From the IMG/VR virus record IMGVR_UViG_3300045999_008996, positions 158,564-222,563 of that record: 64,000 nucleotides of DNA. One strand, 5' to 3'. A program made the translations under genes and the position numbers. The notes under the pieces were generated by a model. It was not told the DNA's origin, made no database searches, and was given only the letters and a program-made list of their open reading frames with translations. Within the stretch, counting starts at the first letter, position 1. Each line of letters starts with the position of its first letter. This document shows positions 34,350 through 44,256 of the stretch, in pieces.

Positions 34350-35108
34350 TCAAACAGGGGTTGGATAAAGAATTCCATCAGTGCCTGTAGTGATACCAGA
34401 CATTGCAACAAGAGTTTCGGTTTTAACTCTGAAGTTGCCCTGACAGTCTATGTATGTTGTAACACCAACCCAACCTTGATGAGCAAACCCACTATAAGCA
34501 GCAGGAACAGAATCAGTAGAAATTCCATAAACTTGCTTATCGTACCCGTCAACATATCTCCTAAATGTTAAAATATCTCCAGTTGCGATTCCAGCAGAGA
34601 TAGTAGAACCGAGAGTAATATTTACAGTGCCAACAGTAGAAATGACAAGATTATTTCCATTATTTACCACAAAATCTCCATCAATCAATCCACTTGGAGG
34701 AACGACTGGAATAATGCTTGTACCAATATTAGCATTGGTGGTTGCAGTTCCTGTAATAGTTAGAGTTGTTATTGATGGAGCAGAATCGTTAGCGTTGCTG
34801 TAAGAACTATCAAGAACAGTATACTTTGGAAGTTCGCTGATATAAAACGCCGTTGATGCGATTGCAGCACCACTTAATCCAGCAGTTGAAGCGATTGAAA
34901 GAGAAGTTGTGCTAGCAATACCAACAATTACAGCGTCTCCAAAATAGGTTCCACCACCACCACGAATACCAAATCTAATCACATCTCCAGTCGCTGCTGC
35001 ACCAACTTGTCCAAAAGTTGTGCCAGAACCAACCACTTCAAGAGTGGTGTAATTTAAAGTTACTGTGCCTCCAGAACCTTTGTTGTCATTATTTCCCCAG
35101 AGTGCCAT
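34350..35108 (-). CDS. Virion structural (fibre/decoration-like) protein
   Basis: MALWG..., G/T/S-rich, HQGWVG...ETLVAM; TATAAATA at 35141-35148. Confidence 0.7.
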   Translation of the reverse strand: MALWGNNDNKGSGGTVTLNYTTLEVVGSGTTFGQVGAAATGDVIRFGIRGGGGTYFGDAVIVGIASTTSLSIASTAGLSGAAIASTAFYISELPKYTVLDSSYSNANDSAPSITTLTITGTATTNANIGTSIIPVVPPSGLIDGDFVVNNGNNLVISTVGTVNITLGSTISAGIATGDILTFRRYVDGYDKQVYGISTDSVPAAYSGFAHQGWVGVTTYIDCQGNFRVKTETLVAMSGITTGTDGILYPTPV

Positions 35109-35195
35109 GTTCTTTTCCGTAAAAGTTATTTGCTAGAAATTATTTATAAAAAATAGAGACCTCATTTTGAGGTCTCTATTAAGTTTTAAGTTATC

Positions 35196-35381
35196 TCAAG
35201 GAGTAGGATCAACTGCTCCTTTTTTCTTTAAATGTGATTGAACTTGAAGAAGAACAAATGAAACAAGTCCATTTGACTTTAACTTATTATTTGCCCCCAA
35301 AAACTCAGAGACAATAAGCAAAATGGTAGCAATAGCAGCTTCATTAGCTTTAGCCCAAGCTAGGATTACTGCGAGAGACAT
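35196..35381 (-). CDS. Small membrane protein
   Basis: ORF track; terminator downstream. Confidence 0.6.
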   Translation of the reverse strand: MSLAVILAWAKANEAAIATILLIVSEFLGANNKLKSNGLVSFVLLQVQSHLKKKGAVDPTP

Positions 35382-35421
35382 AATAACCTCCTATAAAGAG
35401 TATCCTAACCTATTTAGGAAA

Positions 35422-36909
35422 TTATACAGTAACGTCAGTATCAGTTCCTTTAGGAGCAGATCTAAGTGCTTGAAGTTTTCTATTTAAGATTTGAACTTCT
35501 TGCTGTCTTTGACGATCTTTTTGCTGTGCGATTTTCTTTTGTGCTTGATCAGGTTTTTCCTGGGTCTTTGGTTGAATTTCCATTGCCTGTTCGGCAATTT
35601 TCTTTGCCATTTTGGTAGCAGTGGCATACATCACTTCTTTACCACGACCAGGATATCTCTTTTCAAAGTCTGCTACCTTATCCTTCATTGACTTTACAAG
35701 TCTTTCTTTTTCTTTAGTTTCAGAACGAGTTAATGTCTTTTCGTCAATTTGAACTTGCTCACTTCTTACACTTGCGAGAAGATCATCTAATTTGGACTTT
35801 CTCTTTTTTGTAGGTGCCTTAGTAGTTCCACCACTTACTTTAGTAGTCTTTGCTTTTGCTTTTGGTTTTGCTTTTGGTTTTGTTGGAGTTGTTGCACTAC
35901 CTTCCCAAGGATCAGAAGGTTTTTCTGCTTTGGGTTTTGGTTTTGGTTTCTGAGGAACTGTTGAACTTCCTTTCCATGGATCAGAAGGTTTTTCTGCTTT
36001 CTTTTTAGTAGGTCCAGTATAAGAACCACTGCTTACTCTTTCTTTAGTTCCTGCACCTGCACCACGATAAACTGATGCAGATCTTGTTTTAGTATGTGCC
36101 GCACTCGGTTTTGAATCACCACCTTCCATTTTACGAGCAACACCTAATGCACCTTTAGCAACTTTTCTTGCTCCCGTTGCAACTGCTTGCTTTGCTGCTT
36201 TCTTAGCACCACGAACTTTACTAGAAAGTTTTTGTCTTGCAAGTCTTCCAACTGCTGCAACTAAATTACCTCTTTTCTTTTGTCCTGTAGGAGTATCATG
36301 TCCAAAAGTTACTTTTGCTTCAGTAAGTGCAAACTCAAGTGCTTCTTCAATATCATCCTCATCATAACCTTCATCAAGGAGTTCATCATAAACACTTTCA
36401 ACAATATAATCAACTTCATCAACTTCTACCATTTCAAGCAGAGTTCCGCCCAGGTTTTCTACCGCTTCACCAATATTAGGATTGATTTTGATTTTATTTT
36501 TTACTGCTTTTTCAGTAATCTTTTCATCACCTTTATCTTTAGAAACAACTTCTAAAATCTCAGAAAGATCTTCTCTCCAATTTGAATATCCTTCCTTTAC
36601 ACTCTTCTTTGCAATCGCAGCACCACGAACTTTTCTACGATTTAGAAGATACTTATCAGTCTTATCGTGATCACCGTCATTATCAATATCTTTATCCTCT
36701 TTACCTACAGGATCAAGTGCTTCTTTAATCTTATTCTTTTCTCTCATTGCTTTTGCTTTTGCAAGTGCTCTTTCTCTAGCAGCATCTCTTTCTGCTTTTG
36801 GAATTGCAGTTACAGCACCAAGTCTTTCTGCTGGTTTTCCAGGAACTGCTGATTCAGCAACCTGTTCCAAATACACTCTAGAAATATCATTCAGAGGATT
36901 AATAGACAT
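35422..36909 (-). CDS. Late, low-complexity probable internal head protein
   Basis: TATAAATA 36944-36951; many I/L-x-E sites; DIDNDGD motif; Lys-rich blocks. Confidence 0.65.
   Translation of the reverse strand: MSINPLNDISRVYLEQVAESAVPGKPAERLGAVTAIPKAERDAARERALAKAKAMREKNKIKEALDPVGKEDKDIDNDGDHDKTDKYLLNRRKVRGAAIAKKSVKEGYSNWREDLSEILEVVSKDKGDEKITEKAVKNKIKINPNIGEAVENLGGTLLEMVEVDEVDYIVESVYDELLDEGYDEDDIEEALEFALTEAKVTFGHDTPTGQKKRGNLVAAVGRLARQKLSSKVRGAKKAAKQAVATGARKVAKGALGVARKMEGGDSKPSAAHTKTRSASVYRGAGAGTKERVSSGSYTGPTKKKAEKPSDPWKGSSTVPQKPKPKPKAEKPSDPWEGSATTPTKPKAKPKAKAKTTKVSGGTTKAPTKKRKSKLDDLLASVRSEQVQIDEKTLTRSETKEKERLVKSMKDKVADFEKRYPGRGKEVMYATATKMAKKIAEQAMEIQPKTQEKPDQAQKKIAQQKDRQRQQEVQILNRKLQALRSAPKGTDTDVTV
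35909..36000. repeat. 23-bp direct repeat (codes part of KAEKPSDPW x2)
   Basis: ggatcagaaggtttttctgcttt at 35909 and 35978. Confidence 0.8.
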
Positions 36910-36914
36910 CTTAA

Positions 36915-38207
36915 TTAAGCGCGTACTTTTTGTTTCTTATACTTATTTATAAATTTGTCTAAGAACGAGGATCCACCTGCTTGAAGATTTTCTTTTCCTA
37001 AAGATGAACCAGGAGTTTGTTTGAGTGCATACTTCAAATATCCAGTTGTTCCAAAAAGAGTATTTGGTTTTCCTGGTTCTCTATACATTCTATCCATTTT
37101 AACTTCAGTATATTCCATTACATCTTTAATCCAAGACTTAAACATATATCCTTCTTCAGTCACGCAGATTAAGTGGTTAGTTCCCCTACGCATTACTTCA
37201 CCAATCAAACCAGTGTTTAGATTTTGAACCTTATCTCCGATTCTAAAAATTTTTCCTCTCACATAATTCTCACGAAGATTTCTCATATCATACTTTGGAG
37301 CAATCTCCCATAATGCATAACTTTCTTTCTTTACCTTTGATTTCTTGACTTGCATTCCTTGACGAACTGCATTGAAGAGTGCTTGAGTATCAGCATCATT
37401 CAATGTCTTTGGTGTTCCTCTACGGAAAGAATCGAAATCATTATCCATTACTGCTTTTCTCATCTTGGATGCAGACATTCCTTCTACACCTTCAGCATCT
37501 GCATCTCTTACGCCAGCAGATATAACACGAATCAAATCAAAGTTGTATAGTTCTCCATTATACTTTTGTGCAAGATTTTCAAACTCTGCTTGACGATCAG
37601 AACCAACGACAATGTTTACATTATTATAACCATCCTCATTTGCAGTCACTAAGACGTTAAAAATGGTTTTCATCTCTTCATCATTAATAATGTTCTCCTC
37701 AAACTCGGGGAACATTTTCTTCATATAAGAAACTTTAGTATTAGGGTCTAAAGGATTTTTCTTTGGATCTTGAGACCTTGAAGGGTAAATCTTAATATCT
37801 CCACCAGCAGAAATTCTCTTCGCTGACTTGAGAAGTTTATCGTGTCCTACTGTTGGTGGATTGAAGCGACCAAAAACAACAGTGAGTGGTGGTAGTTCCT
37901 CTGCGGGTTGCTCTTCAGGTGCTTGTCTTGGTGCTGCTTGAGGTTGTGGAGCAGGGGCAGGTGCTGCTTGAGTTGGTTGTGTGGTTGGTGCAGCACCAGC
38001 AGGTTGTCTTCCTGCAGCAGGTTCTTCTGCACCTTTTGGTTGACGACCATCAATATACTTCAGTTTTCCCTTTTCGGTTCTCGCAACAACTTTACCCGAA
38101 CGGTCCAACCATCCACCGTGACCATCCCCAGTGTATCCAAGTTTTTTCGCTTGCATTGCTGCTTGCGATTCTTTTGCTTCAGTTAGAAAATTGAGAAAAC
38201 TTTTCAT
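36915..38207 (-). CDS. Cytidylyltransferase-superfamily (HIGH) nucleotidyltransferase
   Basis: FGRFNPPTVGH, VVGSDR, MSASKMR; Pro/Ala/Gln linker. Confidence 0.8.
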   Translation of the reverse strand: MKSFLNFLTEAKESQAAMQAKKLGYTGDGHGGWLDRSGKVVARTEKGKLKYIDGRQPKGAEEPAAGRQPAGAAPTTQPTQAAPAPAPQPQAAPRQAPEEQPAEELPPLTVVFGRFNPPTVGHDKLLKSAKRISAGGDIKIYPSRSQDPKKNPLDPNTKVSYMKKMFPEFEENIINDEEMKTIFNVLVTANEDGYNNVNIVVGSDRQAEFENLAQKYNGELYNFDLIRVISAGVRDADAEGVEGMSASKMRKAVMDNDFDSFRRGTPKTLNDADTQALFNAVRQGMQVKKSKVKKESYALWEIAPKYDMRNLRENYVRGKIFRIGDKVQNLNTGLIGEVMRRGTNHLICVTEEGYMFKSWIKDVMEYTEVKMDRMYREPGKPNTLFGTTGYLKYALKQTPGSSLGKENLQAGGSSFLDKFINKYKKQKVRA

Positions 38208-38230
38208 ATTTTGTGTTGATATACTTATAT

Positions 38231-39379
38231 TTATTTCTTCTTATAATCGCACATAATATGCGATGGATAAACTTTTCCTGCTTTATTTCTAAAATTGAAC
38301 TGAAAATTATATAGAGATGATGCACAATCTACAATAACTTTTTTACCAGTTCCTGTTGTTCCTCCATAATAAGCAGTAATTCTTCCCATTAAGTTTGTTG
38401 ATTTATTTAGATAATTATCATCAACTTCGTATATATCTACCTTTCCTGCGCCTTTACCGTGAACCATTACATAACCATATCCCATCATCTGTCTCAGTAA
38501 CTTAGTCATTGCATTCTTATCACATGTATTAGTAACATCTTGCTGGTAATTTTCAATTTTACCAGAATGTGGGTAGTTATTAAATGTGCTACAGAATGAT
38601 GTTTCGTCTAAACCAAATACTTCTAAAATATTTTTAGCAGTTTCATTAAGATTATAATCATTAACAGATTTTTCTGTAAAAATGCTTTGTATTCCAATAT
38701 TAGCAAAAGCAAGAGTGCTTTGAAATTTTAAAGAAAGATATACTTCTTTATTACCAAATTTAAGAGTAATATCTGTAACAGTGGATCCAATATTTTCTTG
38801 TCCCGTTCCTATTGACAAATTTCTTTTTGAAACCTTTAGTGGTCTTTTTTGATTTAATTCACCCACAGCAATAACTTCTTTTAAAGGTGCTTTATGTTTT
38901 TTTCCTAGATCTTCAACGATCTGTTTTGCCTGAGTATGATATTTTCCTTTCTTTCCCTCACAGTTTAAAATGTTGACCAAAGACTCATAAAACTCTCTTT
39001 CAAAGACTAATCCAAGATTTTCTTTTTTTCCTGATCCAGCACCTTGACCGCCAAATTCTCCAGTTTTTTCTAAATCATTAATCTTTACAGTAGTAATTCT
39101 TCCAGTATTTTCATACTTACCAGTTAATTCAATTGATGACTTCGTTCCTTTTGTAGACGCTGCTTCTTCTACTCTGGAAATTATTTCCTTTACAAGATTT
39201 TTTTCTTTAGTCTCATATGCATATTGCTTTCCATTTATATCCAAAATGAGAGCAACTGGCAAAAAAATTCCTTCCTTTGTTAGGAATTTATTTTCTTTTC
39301 CTTCTAAACCAAGAAACTTTTTTACAAAAGTATCATAGTTGCCTCTTTTTAAAAGGTCCTCTTTTTTTAAGAGTGCCAT
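38231..39379 (-). CDS. Putative PD-(D/E)xK nuclease-like protein
   Basis: FERE...TDITL...LSLK; TATAAATA 39401-39408. Confidence 0.5.
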   Translation of the reverse strand: MALLKKEDLLKRGNYDTFVKKFLGLEGKENKFLTKEGIFLPVALILDINGKQYAYETKEKNLVKEIISRVEEAASTKGTKSSIELTGKYENTGRITTVKINDLEKTGEFGGQGAGSGKKENLGLVFEREFYESLVNILNCEGKKGKYHTQAKQIVEDLGKKHKAPLKEVIAVGELNQKRPLKVSKRNLSIGTGQENIGSTVTDITLKFGNKEVYLSLKFQSTLAFANIGIQSIFTEKSVNDYNLNETAKNILEVFGLDETSFCSTFNNYPHSGKIENYQQDVTNTCDKNAMTKLLRQMMGYGYVMVHGKGAGKVDIYEVDDNYLNKSTNLMGRITAYYGGTTGTGKKVIVDCASSLYNFQFNFRNKAGKVYPSHIMCDYKKK

Positions 39380-39409
39380 CTATACATATACTGTTTTATG
39401 TATTTATAA

Positions 39410-39481
39410 TGGAGTGTAAGGAAATCGAATCCTTATTGCTGGAATGCAAATCCAGAGTAATAACCGTTATACGAACACCCC
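39410..39481 (-). tRNA. tRNA-Ala (TGC)
   Basis: G3:U70; loop TTTGCAT. Confidence 0.88.
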
Positions 39482-39543
39482 AAGTTTAGATATTATAAAA
39501 CCCCTCAACTAAAAAGTCAAGGGGTTAGAGCAACCTTCCGTGG

Positions 39544-39729
39544 TTATTTATCAACTACTTGACTGATTGCATCATCAAGTTGAACAATAACTCCACGAAT
39601 ATCAGAAACCCGAGGAGGAACACTTACTTCATCATAAGTATATCCTTTTTGGGCATCGAACAAAACCTGACGAACTGCTGCTGCTGCATGAACACTCATT
39701 TTAATTGTTACTTGTTTTTCTTTACTCAT
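39544..39729 (-). CDS. Hypothetical protein
   Basis: GGAGG SD; ORF track. Confidence 0.7.
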   Translation of the reverse strand: MSKEKQVTIKMSVHAAAAVRQVLFDAQKGYTYDEVSVPPRVSDIRGVIVQLDDAISQVVDK

Positions 39730-39754
39730 AGTACCTCCAGTTTTTGTTTTATTA

Positions 39755-40306
39755 TTATATCATATTTTCTTTATTCCATCTACCTCTTCCCTTCCTTTCT
39801 CTATCAACACTATTATCTTTAGGAGTTCCTAACCACAGATTATTCAAATAGTTTATTTGAGGATAAGATAAAGTTTCCTCTTTATGAAGGACATATAAAC
39901 CTTCCTTCCAAGGTAAAAAATTTTTTCCAACTAAAGTAGAAACTCTCTGTGTTGTTCCATTAATTTTTACATTCCAATAATAGTCACAAGTAGAATTTTT
40001 TACTAACGAAGGTTTCAAAAACATCCAAAAAACATTACTCCATATTCTTCCTTTAGTAGTAACAAAGTAATTGGAAAAATTTTTTAATTGTTTTGCTTCT
40101 TCTCCATCATCCAAATACTTTATCCATTCATAAGGAAAGTATCTAACCATTATTTGAATATAAGTTTCTTCATATCCTCTTGGTTTAAGAAACTTTCCGT
40201 TTCCTTTCATACTCCATATCCTTCCTAAGTTGGAAACATATATCCAATCTTTTAGATTAGATTGTTTCCACTCTTCATTGGGAGTATCTGGTAGAGTATT
40301 AATCAT
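39755..40306 (-). mobile_element. HNH homing endonuclease with two NUMOD4-like motifs
   Basis: YVSNLGRIWS, YFVTTKGRIWS; VLH...N...NL..GT..DN. Confidence 0.75.
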
Positions 40307-40315
40307 TATTTTGAG

Positions 40316-40720
40316 TTAAATATCTCCAGATTTTCTATTTTCAGAACGCTCAATACTAAATGCACCTTCAGGATAACGAGCATTCAGTTTCTCAAAGTTC
40401 ATTTGAATAACTTCTTCAAGAGAAATATCTAGTCCAATACATGCTTGAGAAATATACCACATAATATCTCCAAGTTCTCGCTTCAGGTGAAACAGATTTT
40501 CTTGGTTGACTGGTTTACCTTGAAAGACAATCTTCTTTACAATTTCAGTAAACTCACCTGCTTCAGCAGACATTCCTACAGCAGCAGTTAGCATTCGCTC
40601 GGTAGGAAAATTCTGTTCTCGCAGTTCCATAAGACTGTTGATAAAAGAAACATGGTCTTTACTTGGATTAGAGGTAGTGGTATTAACGAACTCCACGTAC
40701 TTATTAAGATCAATAGTCAT
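40316..40720 (-). CDS. mazG: MazG nucleotide pyrophosphohydrolase
   Basis: EAGEF...KRELGDIMWY. Confidence 0.9.
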   Translation of the reverse strand: MTIDLNKYVEFVNTTTSNPSKDHVSFINSLMELREQNFPTERMLTAAVGMSAEAGEFTEIVKKIVFQGKPVNQENLFHLKRELGDIMWYISQACIGLDISLEEVIQMNFEKLNARYPEGAFSIERSENRKSGDI

Positions 40721-40793
40721 ATTAGAATTTAAATCCTCTGAGTATTTTTAGTGTTTTTTTAATTATACTTCTTTTTTTTCTATAGTCAAGTAT

Positions 40794-41345
40794 TTAATTT
40801 ACGTTATAAATCCAACAATCATTTCTATTCTCTCCGATTTGAATTTCAGAAAGAACTTCATTTACTGCTTCATTAACTGGAGAACTAGAAATATCATGTC
40901 CTGCTAAAACCCCACCAGTTTTCACTTTAGGCAACCATGCTTGTATATCACTTTTGACATTTTCATATTCGTGACCAGCATCAATAAAAACAAAATCAAG
41001 ACTAGCATCTTCAAATGTATCTGCTGCTTCAGTCGAAGTCATTTTTAATACTTTATAGTATTTTTCAACTGGTTTCATGTTAGAAATAAATGTCTCATAA
41101 AGTTGAGGAAGATCTTCATAACCTTTATGTTCAACACTTCCCAAAAAATGATCCACACAAAAGAATTCAATATCCTTTTGCGAGTTTGCAATTTCTACAC
41201 ACATATATGATGATGATTTTCCTTTCCAAGAACCAACCTCTACAAATTTACTTCCAGATGGAAATTTTTCTACCATTGACTTATATAAATCTGGATATGT
41301 AAACCAATCTTGTCCAAATTCTTTATTTTGATAAATGTGTTCCAT
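40794..41345 (-). CDS. Class I SAM-dependent methyltransferase (Methyltransf_24-like)
   Basis: VEVGSWKGKS, FIDAGHEY, GGVLAGHD. Confidence 0.85.
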   Translation of the reverse strand: MEHIYQNKEFGQDWFTYPDLYKSMVEKFPSGSKFVEVGSWKGKSSSYMCVEIANSQKDIEFFCVDHFLGSVEHKGYEDLPQLYETFISNMKPVEKYYKVLKMTSTEAADTFEDASLDFVFIDAGHEYENVKSDIQAWLPKVKTGGVLAGHDISSSPVNEAVNEVLSEIQIGENRNDCWIYNVN

Positions 41346-42721
41346 TAAAATTTAAATCCTTCAAATGTTTTCTTTGGTTTCTTTTCTTCATAATTATACT
41401 CCTCATCCTTTCCGTTGTCAAGGATATCATTCTGAGCAGATTGTTCGCAGTCATAAAGACGCATTTTTGCACGATCAATACCAATCACAAAACGCTTATG
41501 AATGGTTGGATCATTATATCGGTTCTTAAGTTGTTTTACAAGAATCTGTCCAAGACCTTCTAAGTCTTCTGTAGAAATCAATGCAAACATTAGGTCAGCA
41601 GTTGCAGGAAGACCGAATGATTCCGAAGTATCAGTCAGTTCAACATCAGAAGAACCATAACCACTACGAGTAGTCTGCGTTGCACTGACGATGGGAACAT
41701 TGAATTCTACAGCAAGACCACGAAGTTCTTCTGCGATTGCTTTTACAAAAGTATAAGAGTTGATATTGCTATTACCTTTATACCTAGAAGAAGAACAGAT
41801 ATTTAGATAGTCAATAAAAATGATATCTGGACGGAATGACTTCTTTAGTGCAAGTTCATTTAGAAGGGATTTGAAATGTCCAGAGTGTGCAGACGCAGTT
41901 GGATACTCTTTGATAATTAGAGTTCCTTGAGTTTTCTTTGCTAGGTTTGTAACCTTGTTCTCAAACATTTGCTTAGGAAGGTTTACAATATCTTGAATAG
42001 GAACATTCAGTAAGTTTGCGTCAATTCTTTCAGCAATGCGTTCTTCTGCCATTTCCAACGTAATGTACAGAACGTTCCTCCCTTGGAGCAAGACGGAGCT
42101 AGCCACATGGCACATGAATAGAGATTTCCCGACACCCGTACCAGCAAGAGCGATGTTAAGAGTTTTGTTAGGGAGACCACCTTTCGTGATTTTGTTAAAG
42201 TATTCAAGATCAAATTCAATTTTATCCTCCTTTTTGTGATACGATTCGTAACGTTGTTCATAATCCTGAAGATAATCATGCCCAACATGATTATCAAAAC
42301 TTACAGCAAGAGCATCAGAAAGAATAGAAGGAATACTGTCGCGATTCTTCTTTTCATCATTTCCATCTGCAATATGAATAGACTCCATAAGTGCCAAATA
42401 AATAGCACGATCGCGACACCACTTTTCAGTTGTATCAACTAACCAATTAAACTCTGCAGAAACATCCTCAAGGCAAGAGATAATTTGAACTATTTCTTTA
42501 AATGATTGTTCATTAATATCATTTCTTTTTTCAATCTCAATACATAAAACCTCTTTCGTTGCTGGTTGATTATATTCTTGAACAAAAGAAAGTATTTCTT
42601 CAAATACAATTTTTTGATTTTGGTCTTCAAAGTATTCGGATTTGATAAATGGTATTACTTTTCGAATATATTGTTCATTGTGTAAAAGGTTTCTAAGAAC
42701 TAGAAACTCAACTTTCTCCAT
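41345..42721 (-). CDS. gp41: Replicative DNA helicase (gp41)
   Basis: [18 protein letters not shown]. Confidence 0.95.
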   Translation of the reverse strand: MEKVEFLVLRNLLHNEQYIRKVIPFIKSEYFEDQNQKIVFEEILSFVQEYNQPATKEVLCIEIEKRNDINEQSFKEIVQIISCLEDVSAEFNWLVDTTEKWCRDRAIYLALMESIHIADGNDEKKNRDSIPSILSDALAVSFDNHVGHDYLQDYEQRYESYHKKEDKIEFDLEYFNKITKGGLPNKTLNIALAGTGVGKSLFMCHVASSVLLQGRNVLYITLEMAEERIAERIDANLLNVPIQDIVNLPKQMFENKVTNLAKKTQGTLIIKEYPTASAHSGHFKSLLNELALKKSFRPDIIFIDYLNICSSSRYKGNSNINSYTFVKAIAEELRGLAVEFNVPIVSATQTTRSGYGSSDVELTDTSESFGLPATADLMFALISTEDLEGLGQILVKQLKNRYNDPTIHKRFVIGIDRAKMRLYDCEQSAQNDILDNGKDEEYNYEEKKPKKTFEGFKF

Positions 42722-43715
42722 AACTAAATTCCTTGCGTGCGATTTCGTCCAACTGTTGCATTACTTCTTCAGTAAAATATTCCTCAGGATTAGCAAGAAT
42801 CTGTTTTGCATAGATTTTCTTGCCGTCCATTTCATAGCGTCCCGCTACATTCTTCCAGAGTCCACCAATCTCACCAAGTTCCAGAAGACCATAGTAACGA
42901 TCAAGACCGCGCTCATCATAATACAGACGGACTTCAACATCCTTGTTCTCCTTACTCAAACGCGACTTAGCAGTCTTAGCTTTGATAATATTTCCGACCA
43001 CTTCCGTTCCGTCCTTTTCTTTCTTTTTGCTGAGATAAATGATTGAAGACGCTGCGTACTTGAGTCCGCTGCCTCCACCCATTTCCTTAGTTGGTACGTA
43101 AGATCCGATAACGTCATAAGTATGATTGGTTACTATCATTGGAATGTTTGCTTGACCAAGTTTCAAGGTAAGCATACGGAATGCACCTTTAATCAGTTGC
43201 GATTTGGTCATATCGCGAACTTCTTTATCGTTCAAAGCATCATTGATCTCTTTACTGGTGGAAAGCATACCTAAAGAGTCTAGCACAAACATGCAAGGAT
43301 TGCGCTCTCCTTCGGGTTTTTTCATATAAAGGTCTACTGCCTTGAGTGCCTTTCCGCGAAACTCTTCAACAGTAACAACATTAACAACCACCAAACGAGA
43401 AGTATCAATTCCACGAGATTCTAGAAGAGATTTAGTGATAGCAGCTTCAGTATCAAAGTAGAGACAATACCCATCGGTATTATTATCAAGGAAATTCTTA
43501 ACCACAGCGAGAGAAAAGAAAGTCTTTCCAGTACTAGACTCTCCAGCAATAGCAGTAATCTTATTCCCAGATACACCGCCAAATATACTACCTGAAACCA
43601 GTGCATTAAAAATGTACGAACCTGTGTCAACATAAGTTTCACTTTCGTCAATGTCGGAAGCAAGTTGAGTATACTCGCCACCAATTTCCTTTACAATATC
43701 TTTTAAAAAATCCAT
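42708..43715 (-). CDS. uvsX: RecA-like recombinase
   Basis: [19 protein letters not shown]. Confidence 0.95.
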   Translation of the reverse strand: MDFLKDIVKEIGGEYTQLASDIDESETYVDTGSYIFNALVSGSIFGGVSGNKITAIAGESSTGKTFFSLAVVKNFLDNNTDGYCLYFDTEAAITKSLLESRGIDTSRLVVVNVVTVEEFRGKALKAVDLYMKKPEGERNPCMFVLDSLGMLSTSKEINDALNDKEVRDMTKSQLIKGAFRMLTLKLGQANIPMIVTNHTYDVIGSYVPTKEMGGGSGLKYAASSIIYLSKKKEKDGTEVVGNIIKAKTAKSRLSKENKDVEVRLYYDERGLDRYYGLLELGEIGGLWKNVAGRYEMDGKKIYAKQILANPEEYFTEEVMQQLDEIARKEFSYGES

Positions 43716-43719
43716 TTTA

Positions 43720-44256
43720 TCAACCAATATCAATTTTCCAGTTTTTTACATCAGTATCACTCTGACGTGTAATGCTAAGTGAAGTTCCATCATCAAAAGC
43801 ATCTAATACTCCAATACCATTGTTCTCATAAACTGAGTATTCTTGGTAATAGTCATCATCACTTTTTTGAATAGAGACCCAAGGACATCCAACAGTTGGA
43901 TTAATAAAGCAAAGAAGAAGTGCTTTTCCAATAGAATCACCGTGAGAAGTAACTCTTTGAATACGGACATATACGTCCATACCATTTACCCAATTGCTAA
44001 TTCCATCAACAATATCAGAAACAATATCCATACTAATACCACCAACAGTAGTACTTCCAGATACCTCAGGGAATGGACTCATAATATTTGTATTTTTATC
44101 AATATACTGAATCACTTTAGTTTCTGGACTAGGAGTTGCCATCTTAATTTGGTAGAAAACATCGTCCCCCCATCCATCACTGTTCCTGACCATAACGTCA
44201 GTATCTTTACGCATCCATGCTGTCAGTTTATTAAACATTAAAATGATTTTTTTCAT
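43720..44256 (-). CDS. Hypothetical protein between gp43 and uvsX
   Basis: ORF track; coupled to gp43 stop. Confidence 0.65.
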   Translation of the reverse strand: MKKIILMFNKLTAWMRKDTDVMVRNSDGWGDDVFYQIKMATPSPETKVIQYIDKNTNIMSPFPEVSGSTTVGGISMDIVSDIVDGISNWVNGMDVYVRIQRVTSHGDSIGKALLLCFINPTVGCPWVSIQKSDDDYYQEYSVYENNGIGVLDAFDDGTSLSITRQSDTDVKNWKIDIG

